DNA from: Hyphochytrium catenoides
Taxonomy: Eukaryota > Protista > Hyphochytriomycota
Length of the DNA stretch: 44,048 nt
Direction: 5' to 3'
Assembly: GCA_900088475.1 (NCBI GenBank)
Contig: FLMG01002958.1
Span: 1-44,048, forward strand
A program made the position numbers and the translations under genes. The stretch's first letter is position 1, and each line of letters starts with the position of its first letter. Under the pieces are notes generated by a model that saw only the letters and a program-made list of their open reading frames with translations, did not search any database and was not told where the DNA came from. Of this stretch, positions 17,946 to 30,346 are shown in pieces.

Positions 17946-19536
17946 GGTTCATCCGCCAGCAACAAGAAGAAGAGATCTCTATGGCTGCTGTCGCTGCTGA
18001 AGGAGACTTGCTATCGCGGTAAAATGACGATAATGTTACTCTCTCTCGCCGCTCCTTTACCTATTGCAATTAGGTCAGAAAGACTTTGGACAGTCTGGTC
18101 GTGGGTGACATTCTGTTTGGGGATGTGCTTTCTGTCTAGCAGCAAATCCTATTGCTACAAGCGCCTAGGACCAAAGCGTAACAACAACAACAAGGAGGGT
18201 TGCAATCTACTACCTAGCACTTCGCCGCGGGCCATGGTGGTGGTTCCTTCCATGACCCCTCCTCCCTCGAAGACTCAATTATCAAAGGTCCAAGCATCAT
18301 ACTCACTTCCCTTCCCTAAGGCCTTTAAGGACGCCTTATGAAACAGAGCCATGTCATCTCTCCCTCCCTCTCCGCTGCTTTTCCTCCTCCTCAATCCACC
18401 TTTTTCTTCCAGCCAACCTATTCTTTAGCCTGACGGAGCACCTAGTAGTAGTCAAGCTACTGGCCACTGGGCTGGTGGGAAATGGTCTATTGTCTTTAGC
18501 ACTCAATCAATCATCAGTCATCAATCCCATTTCTTCACTGGCTAACTTGCTGTCGGTGTGCTGAGGACAGGAGGAGGAAGAGTGCTGCCACTGAACGTAA
18601 GAAACGGTCACCATTCCCGGGAACCCCTGTACATGTAGGGCAAAACGTACCCTTAGTAGAAGTCTAATTATCAATAAATCCAGACACCTCGCATATTGCG
18701 TGCTTTTAGACTCCCTTTATCAAGAACACAAATGGCTGCCTAAGCCTAACCTAATGCACCAAGCTCCATCACGTTTCTGTTCTGAATAACAGCCTCGGAA
18801 CTCCTTAGTAGACGACATTATCAACCAGCATAAAAGACATGTAACGCCTGTACAAGTAGTAATAAGCAGGAGTTCCCGTGCTGTTAGTAAGACAGACCGA
18901 GGGATCAAAAGGGTCAAGTCTAGCCAAGCCCTAACGAGCCATATGAAATTCTACATACGCTGCATTAACGTTCTAAATCGTGTGAGCTCGCAGTGCAGTA
19001 ACTTACAGGCCTGCGCTGTACAGAAGTGAATAGCTGCTGAGTAATAGATTCTGAATGGATGTTTACGAGGTGCAGAAGGGTATTACACTGGCAGTCATGT
19101 ACTTTACTGCCTGAGTTGTTGTTCGAACTGTAAAGAGACTCATTCTTGACAACATTATTGACATTTATGCCAGATTGGCCCCCATTATTGACGTTCATGT
19201 GTGGAATATATGAGCACTGAGTGAAGATAGAAAGGTTATTGACAGAATCATTCCAGCCTTCGTTGTAAGATGCTGCACTACTCTTCAGCACCAAGACACG
19301 TCCGGATCAGCGGCAGGAAGATCTTCTTCTTCTGAGACGGAGCTCGCTCTCATCAGAGCCTTCTTCAACCTCCAGGTGTAGAACTCGAGACGTACCGCGA
19401 TTGTGTGAAGACAGATCACCGCTAGATTCAGTCTTGATTGCCGCCTAGCCGAAACTCATTACTTCTCGCGCGCACCGTATCACCTTGCCAAGACCTAGAA
19501 ATATCAGTGCCGAAAAAACAGCAGTTGCCCATAAAA

Positions 19537-21209
19537 ATGGTGATCACGAAGCTGTCGCCCCTCTCTACCCGAGTGGTTGGTCGGTCCAACATCAGGACAA
19601 GCCTCCAAGTCCTAACCTCGCCTGGTGCAAGATGCATGACTTCCAATTCAGCTGCGCCAGCTACGGTTTACCCTCAAGATTTATTCAAGGGCCAAACAGT
19701 CTTTATCACTGGTGGAGGCTCCGGAATCAATCTTGGAGTTGCCAAAGGGTACGCGAGAGTGGGTGCTAATCTTGCGATCTGTGGACGCACTCAAGAGAAG
19801 TTGGACCAAGCATCAAAAGAGCTTCAAGAACTCGGTTAGTATCATAAGATTATGAATGGGTCATTCTTAAGGGGGAGCGAGCTGGTCACTAAGTGGATAT
19901 GCTTGCCCCCATAACTCTTCCTCCTTTAGATTGACTACCGCTAAGTGTCGTCATTTTCATAGGTGCAAAGGTGTTTACGGCTACTGCCGATGTTCGAGAC
20001 TATCCTCGTATGGAAGAGGTCATGGAGGAGGCGCAGAAGGCATTTGGCAGCATCGATGTTGTGGTCGCTGGAGCAGCAGGAAATTTCCTGGCTCCGATCT
20101 CGAAGGTGTGATGCTTTGGTAGACTGGGGTAGCAGTTAACCAAGAAAGGATGACTTCTAGGAGTACAGACCAGGGGCCATGACTGGAACCAGGACGATGG
20201 GCCTAATGGGATAGATAGAGCATCAGGAAGTGGTGGAATGTGAAGATTAAGGGAACAAAGCCCACAAAGTTAGGGCGACACCTATGGGCTGGTATCCTCA
20301 TCACTCATTCTTGTCGTGTTCTGGTGCTTCAGGTTAGTGCGAACGGGTTCAAGACTGTGGTGGATATTGACCTGCTGGGGTCATATAACACGGCCAAGGC
20401 TGCACTTCCTCATCTACAAGCATCAAAGGGAAGCATAATCTTCATCTCCGCTGGACAGGGTCATATCCCGTACTATGCACAGGCCCCAGCAGGAGCGGCG
20501 AAGGTCCGTTGTCCCTTCATCTTAGTCTTTGGACCCAAAGGGGTCCTTTCCTGCCTCAAATGCTATCGCCTCTGGCTTCAATCGTTAATAAAGCAGACGA
20601 TCTCTCTTCCGGAGTCCCTCTTACCATTCTTGCTTCTCGTTTATGCCTGTTCAATGCTGACAACGAGCCGCAAACCCATCCTCCTGAGTACAGGCTGGTA
20701 TTGAGAACCTTATGAGAAATCTCGCAGTGGAATGGGGCCCGTACGGGATTCGAAGTAACTCTGTGGTCCCTGGCCCTATCGATGGTAAGCATGATGTGCC
20801 CATGTTATCACCAGCCTCCTACACATCTTCTCCCTATCCCATCACTATTTTAGTATCATAAAGGCCATACTTAGATCCCTACCATCAGGCACCGAGGGAA
20901 TGAAGAAGCTCGGTCCCCAGACAGGGGACTTAGTTAAGCAGTTCAAGCGGTCGATACCTCTGCAGCGCTATGGAAGCTTCCAGGATGTCGCCAATGCAAC
21001 AATATTTCTCTCATCTCCCCTAGCAGAGTATATCACAGGTGCTGTAGCAGCTATTGCCTGCACGGATGGTGTCTGAGAGAAAGCTGACTCAATAGAGCGA
21101 TTGTTATGTATTAGGGACAAGTCTCTTCGTCGATGGCGGGCAGAACTTGGAAGGCTCGGGCTTCTTCCGTTACATTATGGAAGAACAAGCAAAGTCCAAG
21201 AAAAACTAG
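19537..21209 (+). CDS. Short-chain dehydrogenase, 2,4-dienoyl-CoA reductase (DECR2/SPS19-like) subfamily (6 exons)
   Basis: [94 protein letters not shown]; ends ...AKSKKN*. Confidence 0.9.
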
Positions 21210-21538
21210 TCTGGAGCCGCCAGTAGACCTGTTCATTGAGGACGATGCCACTGAATCAGAAGAAAACGGCTAAGCAAGATCCCACTCGAGGACAACACTC
21301 GACAAAGAAAACAAAGCGAGGTTTTCTTTTGGCACTCGTGGATTTTTCTTCTACATTCGAGTTTATAGTCAATAAAGCCAATAGCTATCCATTCTAGTCG
21401 CAAGACGGCCATCAAGCGGACTTTGATGCCATAACAGCTCTGCAAAAAGCACACGTGAGACTGAGGTGGCATTGAACTTACACATTTGCGGAAGATAAAA
21501 GAGATAGAGCTAAAGCGTAGACGAAGGTAGAGTGAGGC

Positions 21539-24500
21539 CTAAGTATGCGACTTTCTACCATACCTGCAGTCAGAGATGAAATCAGCGATGTTTCTGGAGA
21601 AAGAGGGCAGGTCCCCTTCTCTTCCTGCACTTTTGAGAAGGTGCGTCCTTTCCACCTCGTCCAGATCTTTCAAGCCACTCAAGAATTGGGGCAATGTGCC
21701 GTCGTAAAAAGTCCGCAGCTCCTCCGCACTCATTGCATGCAACACTTGCAGAATGTGCTCCGATAAGAGATTGAAGGTTCCAGCGTAAAGGATCTGCGTC
21801 AAAAGACAACCTAAGCGCATCATTCACATATCCACATCAACGCAGCAGCGTGCACCTGTAACAGAGCCTGTTGAAAGGCAGGGAGCATACTCTCTCTAAA
21901 CTCGCTGACCGCAAAGAGCCTCTGGGACTGATTCAATTTCTCCAACACTGAGAGAGTCTTTGCAAACACCCTGGGGGAGACATCTGTCTTGACCAATGAG
22001 ATGCCGATAACCTACCAGTCAAGATTCCTTTAGAATAGCGGAAGGGACCTAGACGGAGTTGACATAGTCCGGAGCTGGAAATTGCATGATGAAAGGGCAT
22101 AGACAAAGTAAACCAAAGATACAGAGGACATAATTTATGCACAAAAAGAAGAGTTGGTCGTAGCATGAGAAGTCGACAAACCTCCATCAGCTGGAAGAAC
22201 TGGCTCCTTGAGGAGTCCGAGGTGAATTGCCGTGCCCCTTGCACTCCTTGTCTGTTAAAGAAAAAGTACCAGTTGGGGATAAGGACTGTTTCCACCAGCT
22301 CCATGTAGCTGAGGAGTGAGGCGATAGGTAAGAGGGAAAGAGAAGCCAGTGAGTGACCTTGAGAACACGTACGAGTGCTAGGGAGGAGGTGAGGACCCAA
22401 AAGCACCCACGGATAGTAGGGGAGACGGGCAGGAAGCTATGCATGTAGAGAAACGGCGATTGATGTCAGACAGTAAAGACTGCCACTCCAAGATTAGGCA
22501 GAGGAACAATTAAGTGGTGAAGAACTGGTAATGGAGCACATAGAGGCCAATCGACGGGGGGCCTTACTAAGGTATAATCTCATCCTTGTGCGGCCCTTCC
22601 AGCGCGACTGGCTTCAAGTGCACCAGAGTGAGAGAGAGAATACCATCCAGCAAAGTATCAAAAGCACGTGTAGGTTCTGCCATCGCAGGGAGGAGCACAG
22701 GCTAATGTTAATGAGAAGTAGCAGAAATCAGACAGCATAAGTAGGCTGAAAACATGAGCAAAAGTCTGGCAGAGACGATCTAGCGGCTCACTATACTATT
22801 AGAGAAACGGAGAAAGGGCGGCCCTGAGCACTACCTGCAACCACTACGGTCAACAGTTGGATGAATCGCTTCAGGGCCAAGCCAGATGCCCTTCCAGTCT
22901 GTGACAGAGAGACCGCAGCGGCGGGATTTGAAAACATTTGCACAAAGCATGAAACCTAAAAAAGAGAGAGAGAGAAAAGAAACAGAGATACTCAGTTGCG
23001 TTGCCGCCGAGGACAGCCTCTTCTATAACTCCCCTTTGATGGACCTAAGGGAGATGCCTGAATCCCGCCCATTTTATCTGGACTCACCATTTCTTTGATA
23101 AAATCCACTCCCAACTCTTTCCTGACGGACTGTAGAATCGCGTGCGTCATGAGCAACAGGTCATTAACAGTGCTAGCGATAGACGGCGATGAGGGTTGAA
23201 CCTAAAGGTCAATGTCTTTGAGTACTTGCTCGACACCAGCCACGAACAGCGACACTGAACGGAAAGGATGCACACCATTCGGGAGGACAATAATATAGAA
23301 AGGCATAGAACTCTCTCAACAACCAAGCTTAGAAAAGCTAGCCAGAAGCCTCCGGGTAGTAGACACAAAGTTACAAATCAGTCTCCTTCGGTACGTGGAA
23401 AGCTGTGCGACATTACCTGCAGGTAGGACGGAATGAGCTTGAGTGCTCCAGACAGGACGTTCTCCCTCACAAGTGCTACATAGGCTTTCTTACACGGGCT
23501 GGAGCTACGCTCTACAGCCATCGCCAAAGCCGCAAATATTCGCGCAGATCTTCGTAAGGAGTGCAGGGTATGGCTTGCTGTCAACCTGGAGAGTACCAAT
23601 CAATAAATTGCGAGTCTTACACTGTCCAAAGTCAGCGTTCTTTATCCCTCAACTTGGCGATTCGCCTTCTCCCCGAATATTCTCTGTTTTCTTCTACATC
23701 TCTGACGTATGCTAGCCTGTACGCTTCATTGCCTTTGGCGTGGCAAATAAGTGCATTTTTATTGGCAAAACGGCTTTCCCACTCTTCATAAAAGACTTCA
23801 CTGGCGAGGACGAGTGTTTACCTCTTCTCTTGACCGAGATCGCCAAGCACAGATAGAATGCCCGCAGATAAGAAACCCATGGTTTGCAAATAGACTTGCT
23901 GCCTTGTCTGCCATTCTGGAGAAGACGGAGCTAGAGAAGACGGCAAAAGTGCATTGGATAGAGCCATGAAGATTTTTTCCTATGTTTTGACGGAGATTGT
24001 TAGCGACTCTCCGCAATCGTGAGATAGACGCGTGGGCAGCACTGAAAGGAGAAGATAGAAGACAGGATGGTGAGGAGAAGAGGGATACCTGTACTTTGAT
24101 AGGTAAAGGAAGTGTAACTCGCTGGAGGCCCGCTCTGAGCTCGTTGACTGTAGGCATATTGAAGAGAACCTCGGAAGGAGTCATGGTTGTCACTGTGTAC
24201 AGAAGATCGGCAGCGGCGACCATAATTGCCTATGACCGTTGTCAGCCACCTTATGTTTGGCCGTGACAGGCAAAATGCGGACCAGTAGGAGACAGTGGAA
24301 CTTTATGAAGGCAAATGGATAAACGTATGGCCATAGACATTGAGAACTAATAGGATCTATGAGCCTTGAGAAAGCAGAGAAAGCAAAACCAGTTGCTCTT
24401 GAGTGGTCATTAGGACGAGAGGTTGTCTTGCTTCCTTACATCGGGGGCAGGTGTGATACTGGTATCCATGTAGCCCAAAGCAACTCTCAAGATTCCATCA

Positions 24501-27500
24501 ATGTACTCTTTTACATCATTTATAGCGGCACGCTGTGCGGTGATACAGGGGTAACTCTGCCTCGCAGCTCGGAGAAGAGCAACTTCTACCATTACCAGTG
24601 CCGCCCCTTTTGAATGCGTCTTCTCTTTCAAAAGATAGATGTTCGCCTGCAGAAGCATTCGAAGAATTTCGGAGCTCTCGGCCGCCGCTGAAGTCTCACC
24701 AGCAAAAATCTTCGGAGGGTAGCAGATGGCTGATGGGGAGTAGTACGGAAGGGTTAGCCATGTATCCTACCAAGCGGATCATCTGGCATCCCGTACCTGA
24801 GGTTTTACCAAGGAGCTCAAAGGTGGTGCTGATATCGTAAGCGATGTATCTTGTAGGCTGTGAAAGAGGTACCGAGCAAGTGTGCAGTTGGAATAAGGGA
24901 CCCAATAGAGCCTGGCAAATAGGGCTGACGAGGGAGAGTACTCTGCGAAGTTGATGTCAGGTTGGGCTTTAGGCAGCAGGATCACAACCAATATCGGTAA
25001 TGCTCAAGAGTTATACATATAAGAGAATGGCTGACGCTGGTGATCAAAGCATAAACAGGCACTAGGAGGCAGCCCGTTGCTGAAGAGCTTAGGCACTGCT
25101 ATCCCAAACCCATTGTTGATATGTGCAAAGTGTTCCAGAGGATACAGAAGCTATAACCAAAAGTCTCGATCCCTCACAGCAAGTGATCAATGTAAAAACA
25201 TCAGTTTACTTGCCTGGAAGCGCAGATTGGAAGCTGACAGGCCATGCTAGCAAAGTCTTTGCAGTGCTCAAGGAAGTCCTCTAGCTCCGAGATGCCACCT
25301 TTCGAGCTCGTCGCCTGGCTTGGGGTCAGTAGCTAAAGACGAGGTGTTAGAAACCAGGTCCTGGGAGACGGGAAAGGAGATAGACAAGCTCTCCATAATA
25401 TTTGCCGGGCTTATGGCTACGTCAATATAGAGAAAAAAGCGCTTCTGAAGTCTGTTCTATCCGTCGTGGTAGCCGAGCACCTACCTCATCTTCCTCTAGA
25501 GTGTTGCTATCCTCCGAGGACGGAGCTGGATTGGCCTAGGAATAGAGCTGTCAAACTCAAAATTAAGGACAGACGTCAACCATGCAGCACCACCACAATA
25601 GCTAACAAACAAACAGGAACCATTAGCCCCATCAAATGCATTCACAGTCTTGTTTGGTCATATGAAGAATTGAATAGGGCAAACATTCCCTTCACACTTA
25701 CGTCATTTAGCTCTGCTAAGCACTTTTCATTTGTAGCAAAGCGACAGAAATCCATGAGGACGGATAAGAACGAGCATAAAGAGTTCACATATACATGAAA
25801 CACTGCAAATTGACCATACACGGGTGAGTGCAACGCAGTCCGATGCCATAACTTTTCTCTGCAAGGCTCCCAGAATTGCAGGAGGAGAGTGGTTTGTTGC
25901 GGGAACTCGAGATGAGAGAGCTTTAGGGAGGAGACAGATTGGCGAACAACTTTGAAAACAGAGAACTGTTGGGACCTGGGCGGTTAGCAATATCCTCACT
26001 CTCAACCAGAGGTCGCAAGATTTCTTGCCAGATCTCCAGGCACTGTCTGAAGTGCTGTAGTGCAAGGATGTAACGCTTCGTCAGACTTCATAACTCTATA
26101 GCCTTCGTTGAATGATGAAGGGTCTGATGATGGATAGACAAATGACAGCTTGTTCTATCCCTGTTGCTCTTCTCCTCAGTAACTCATACCTCGGTTTCTC
26201 TCTGTATGCCCGAAAACGCTGCTAGCGCCTTAAGAAAGGCTCCAAGATTGAAGTTCGCATTGCTTTCAACTCTTCGCAAATGATGCATGACGAATAGCGT
26301 CAGCAGCTGGAGTAACTTCGTGACAAAGTCTTCGGACAAGCACTCCAAAGCATGACCTGCACCCGCACCCAAACTGGAGAGAAGGCCCTCCAGACTACGC
26401 GCAAGGTCTAGAACGAAGCTCTCATATTGCTGAGGCATCTTCTGTGGGAGTAGAACAAGGCTGTCGTTAGGCCGAACCAGCATCCACCCGGAACTCAAGC
26501 ACCCAGCGTCTCTCACCCTATTAGCCATCAACTCTATCATGCACTCTAGGGCATCCGAAGGGCACTGCATAACCTGTAGATCCTCTAAGCAGAAGTGTTA
26601 GTCCCCAAGTACACCTTACAGAAAACGTTCTGTTTTAGAAGCCTCTACTTACTTCGTTGGATCGGCATGGCCACTATGGCCAGCAATGTAGCTAAAATCT
26701 GAGAGTTTAGGTGGTTCTGGATAGGCGCCCAAGCTTCGCGCAACGGTATCAAGAGTATAAAGACAGAAAGGAGAGAAAGTGGAAGGCGACAGAGTCGAGG
26801 AGCGTAAGCGTTTTCCAAGGAAGAGATGGCTCAGAAGTGCAAGAACACCCAAAGAGAAAAAGTCACCCCTGCGGCAAAGGCTGCTTTGGGAGCATCTACA
26901 CAAAGAGAGATAAAGAAGAGAGCGGACTGGCTGATAGCATCTAGACAAAGAAGAGAGAGCGGACTGGATGCATCATGGATAGCATCCATGCCCAAAGAAG
27001 GGCTATCGTGGACGTCAGCTATTACTCACTAGTAAGCTGCGAAAATGCTCTTAGTGCCAGGACAGACACACTGTCATGGAATGCTTTCTCCCCCTGAGAG
27101 CTCTCGGCAGACCGCGTTAAAGTTTCAGAGGAGTTTCGCAGCACCGCAATAAGGAGGGAGAGGATGTGGTCCAAGTGGGAAGACAACCCCTGCTTCAGCT
27201 CCTTTCGCCGCTGCACCAAAATGGTAGTGTCTTCTTTGACAAACTCCTGCAACAGCGGGACCATGACATGCGTCAGATGTACCAAAACAAGTGCCACACA
27301 GGTGGATACGCGAGTGCGAGTGTGGTGGTCATACTGTGTCAACGGAATGAGAGAACATGGCTATGGAGAAATCTCAACTCCTGCTATCAACGGTGGGGCC
27401 GAGGAATAGAGCCAAAACCACGACGGAGCAAGGTGATACCTCGAGAGTGACCAATAGCATGGTGAGTCCAAGCTTTGCGGTGCTCTCGGACTGGCTGGTC

Positions 27501-28394
27501 CTAAAGATAACATCCATAAATTCTGGAAAGGCGGATGGCCAGTCTTTCTTGCCGATGTCACTAAAAACCTTGACCAGCTAAACACGACATGTTTTGTAAG
27601 TATAAATAACTCACTCAGAAACTGCTATTCTATCCTCCAGTCCGCCTCATTAGCCTCCCCGCTCTCTCTTTACCGTTTTGACATCTCTCCGGTAAGCTTG
27701 TGTGCCATCTTCCTTACTACCTTATTCGTGACAAACCCTGGCATGGCAGAGCTTTTCTCCGCCAGCGACTGGAGAATGGTACTGCGAATCTTTGAAGCGC
27801 CCCACGACCGTCGGTAGGATAGGTGAAGGACGGAGTTGATTAGAGTAGAAGTGTCACATCCACAGCGAAGAAAGAAATTGAACAGATGTGAGCATCATGG
27901 TCTGGCAGGGAACGCTTTAGAGAAAGAACGAATCAGAGAGAGAACGGACCAGAAGGTAGAAGGACAGGTGGGCGCTCTCTACAGAAAGTGCAGGAAAACA
28001 GTAGTAAATGGTTGAGAAGATGGGACTACGACATACCTCAAGCTTATCCGTGGGAGGGATGATCGGCCATTTCTTGACTACGGCATCCTCAAGCACCGTG
28101 GAGGCAAACCAAAGAAGATAATGATCACTATAGCTTGAAAGGATTTGCGTCGCTACCTTCCAGACAAGGGGCTGCTGCTTGTAGAGCTCTAGCTGCTTCT
28201 CAATCTCTCTACACGCCGAGGAGTACGCCGGAGCAGTTCATTAGAAACAACAGTACTATCTCCCTAGGTCACACGTATACAGAGCACTCGGAAACTTAAA
28301 GCCCAATAGCTCCTTACCTTTTCTGGTTTGTGTCCGCGTTGGTTGGATCAAAGAATGTCTGCAAAGCGAACCTGAGAGACTCGAGGTCGGCCAT
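21539..28394 (-). CDS. XPO6: Exportin-6 (karyopherin-beta family), many exons; internal exons only partly resolved
   Basis: Spliced segments: MADLESLRFALQTFFDP...KREIEKQL...W...FASTVLEDAVVKKW...DKLEIRSTI...PGFVTNKLVKVFSDIGKKDWP; LGLTML..TLEEF...RRKELKQ; TWAPI; LFVMHHLRRVESNANF; C-terminal DLPSFSRNIADFISDCRY. These parallel recalled metazoan XPO6 segments (DIGRQDWP, HLRRIES, DLPSF...DLRY). Confidence 0.85.
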
Positions 28395-29114
28395 CCTTCA
28401 ACCTCTTTCACTGTAAGTTTCTGAGGATTCTCAGAGGCAGCTCAAGAGAAATTAAGCAAAATTGGCCCCTCAAAGGCCGCGCAGGAGGCGTGGCACAAAG
28501 AGCATTGGCTTAGCGCATTTCTTTCTCTGCTGTGAAGGCGCCCAACGCTTGAAAGGAAGTTGCAATAACTCCGCACTCCTCTCGACGTTTGCTGCACTGA
28601 CCGCACCGTTCAATCAGCCTGCCATCAGCCGGCAAGTCTTATGGCACTTCATCCCAAGTGTGTGACATAGCTAAGGAACGTAGCCTACAATCTCTCCGCT
28701 CGCCTGAAGAGGCAGGAATGACAGCTGCGAGGTTTCAAGAAGAGAGAGACAGACTTTGATGAGATGCTCAGAGCTTGACTGACGGCGTGACGGAGGCCGA
28801 GCAGGGCGATGAGACAGCAGCGATCGGACAAGAAGATGCGAACGAAGCCTCAGACCCCTGAGCATCTAAGATTCTTCTCATTCTCTAGTTATCGGAGTGT
28901 AGATCAGGGCCTTGATTTATCAAAAGCACTGATGTGCGTGGTCGTTGTTTCCCTTGCTATGACCCCACGATATACCAGTCAGGTTTCGTCTGTTCGGCGG
29001 TTGTATCCGTACCGTGGGAAGGCTTGGAGATTGCCTGGAGCATCATCCTCTCAGTAACGGTTGACAGCTGTTCGCAGAGCAACACTACGGTCGCCAGGGA
29101 ACCAGTTCCGCGTC

Positions 29115-29150
29115 CTCTGTCTGTCTCTCTCTTTCGCTCTCTCTCTCTCG

Positions 29151-29193
<43 letters not shown>

Positions 29194-29760
29194 CTCCCTC
29201 TTTCCTCCATCTAATCACTTGCTTTGTGGCCTATACTCACTCTGCCTCTATCTCTTTCCCTGTTGCTTTGTCTCTCTGTCTCTCTGTCTATCTCTACTTG
29301 TCTACCTCTTTCGCTCTCTCGTTCTCTGTCTGTCTGTCTGTCTCTCCCTCTCTCTCTTTCCTTTCTCTCGCTCTCTCCCTCTTTGTCTTTCCTCTGTCAG
29401 TAGCTACAACACCACAACCTCATCTCTCTTCACCTTGTTTCCTTCTCTTTCACCCCTCAATTCTACCTCCTCATGTCGCTCTATCTCTAGACCCATCGAC
29501 ATGTCTTTCCCCTGCTCCCTCTCGTCCTCTTTCTTTGGCTGCTTTTCCATCTCTGTGTTGTCCTCTCTTGGTCTCGCTCTTTGCTTCTCGCGGTCTTGCT
29601 CGATATAACGTGCTGTAATGAGCTTGTTGAGGGATTTAGCTACGCGCGGACACCACTCCTCTGACCTACGCCCAATGGTCTTTCTCTTTCTCCTCTCTTC
29701 TTTGTCTCTCTCTACCTACAGCAGAGGGCTCTCTTCTCCTCGTGGTTTTCTTCTCTCCTA
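29115..29760. repeat. Long degenerate (CT)n / polypyrimidine low-complexity tract
   Basis: Near-pure (CT)n at ~29140-29190 within ~600 nt of strongly pyrimidine-biased sequence, between the divergent XPO6 and bHLH-PAS starts. Confidence 0.9.
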
Positions 29761-30346
29761 CAACAGCGATTGGGCAGCCGAGCGGCTTCTGGTTAGCCGA
29801 AATCTAGGACCCAAGGGTTGGATACGGTCGTTCTCATATTGGAAACGTGTCACCGTCTTCATCTGTCTATGTCCTATCGTCGTCCTGCGGAGTCTCCAGT
29901 AGTAGTCGAGTGTCGGATTCTGACTTAAAGAGTAGGCTCGGTGCACTGCCATGTAAGTTACTGACGCTGCCTTCTCATGTGCTGTGAAGTCGGATCTTTC
30001 TCGTCCAGCGGTCCTTGTCATTAACTACCTTCGTTATTTAGGCGTCCCACAGTAAGACTGACGTAGGGGGCTGGTTAGCAAGTGAATGGGGGCTCGTTAG
30101 CAAGTGCGGCCAATAGATGCCTATAAGTCCTCCGTTGGAGAGTGACAGCGGATAAGCCAGGAGCAGTAAACCCTTCTCACCCGGAAGAGGAAGACCTGCG
30201 ATCCCCTTGCTCTAACAGCAGAGAGAGGAGCACTGCATGATCCCTACAGCCACCATGTAGAAGATGCCCCGCAGGGCTGCAACACCTTGGGCTATCAAGG
30301 TGTAGCTTAGCTTTGAGTCGTAGGAGGTGACTTCGGCGAGTCAGTG

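Noticed and set aside
25205-25215. Apparent second GC-AG donor (AG|GCAAGT, minus strand) in XPO6
   Set aside because: A GT donor 4 nt further on (CAA|GTAAAC) gives the phase needed to join the next exon (ALLGPLFQL), so a canonical intron is more parsimonious.
28934-29618. 224-aa and 130-aa S/L-rich ORFs (also 327-569 and 330-533)
   Set aside because: Translations of CT/GA microsatellite sequence.
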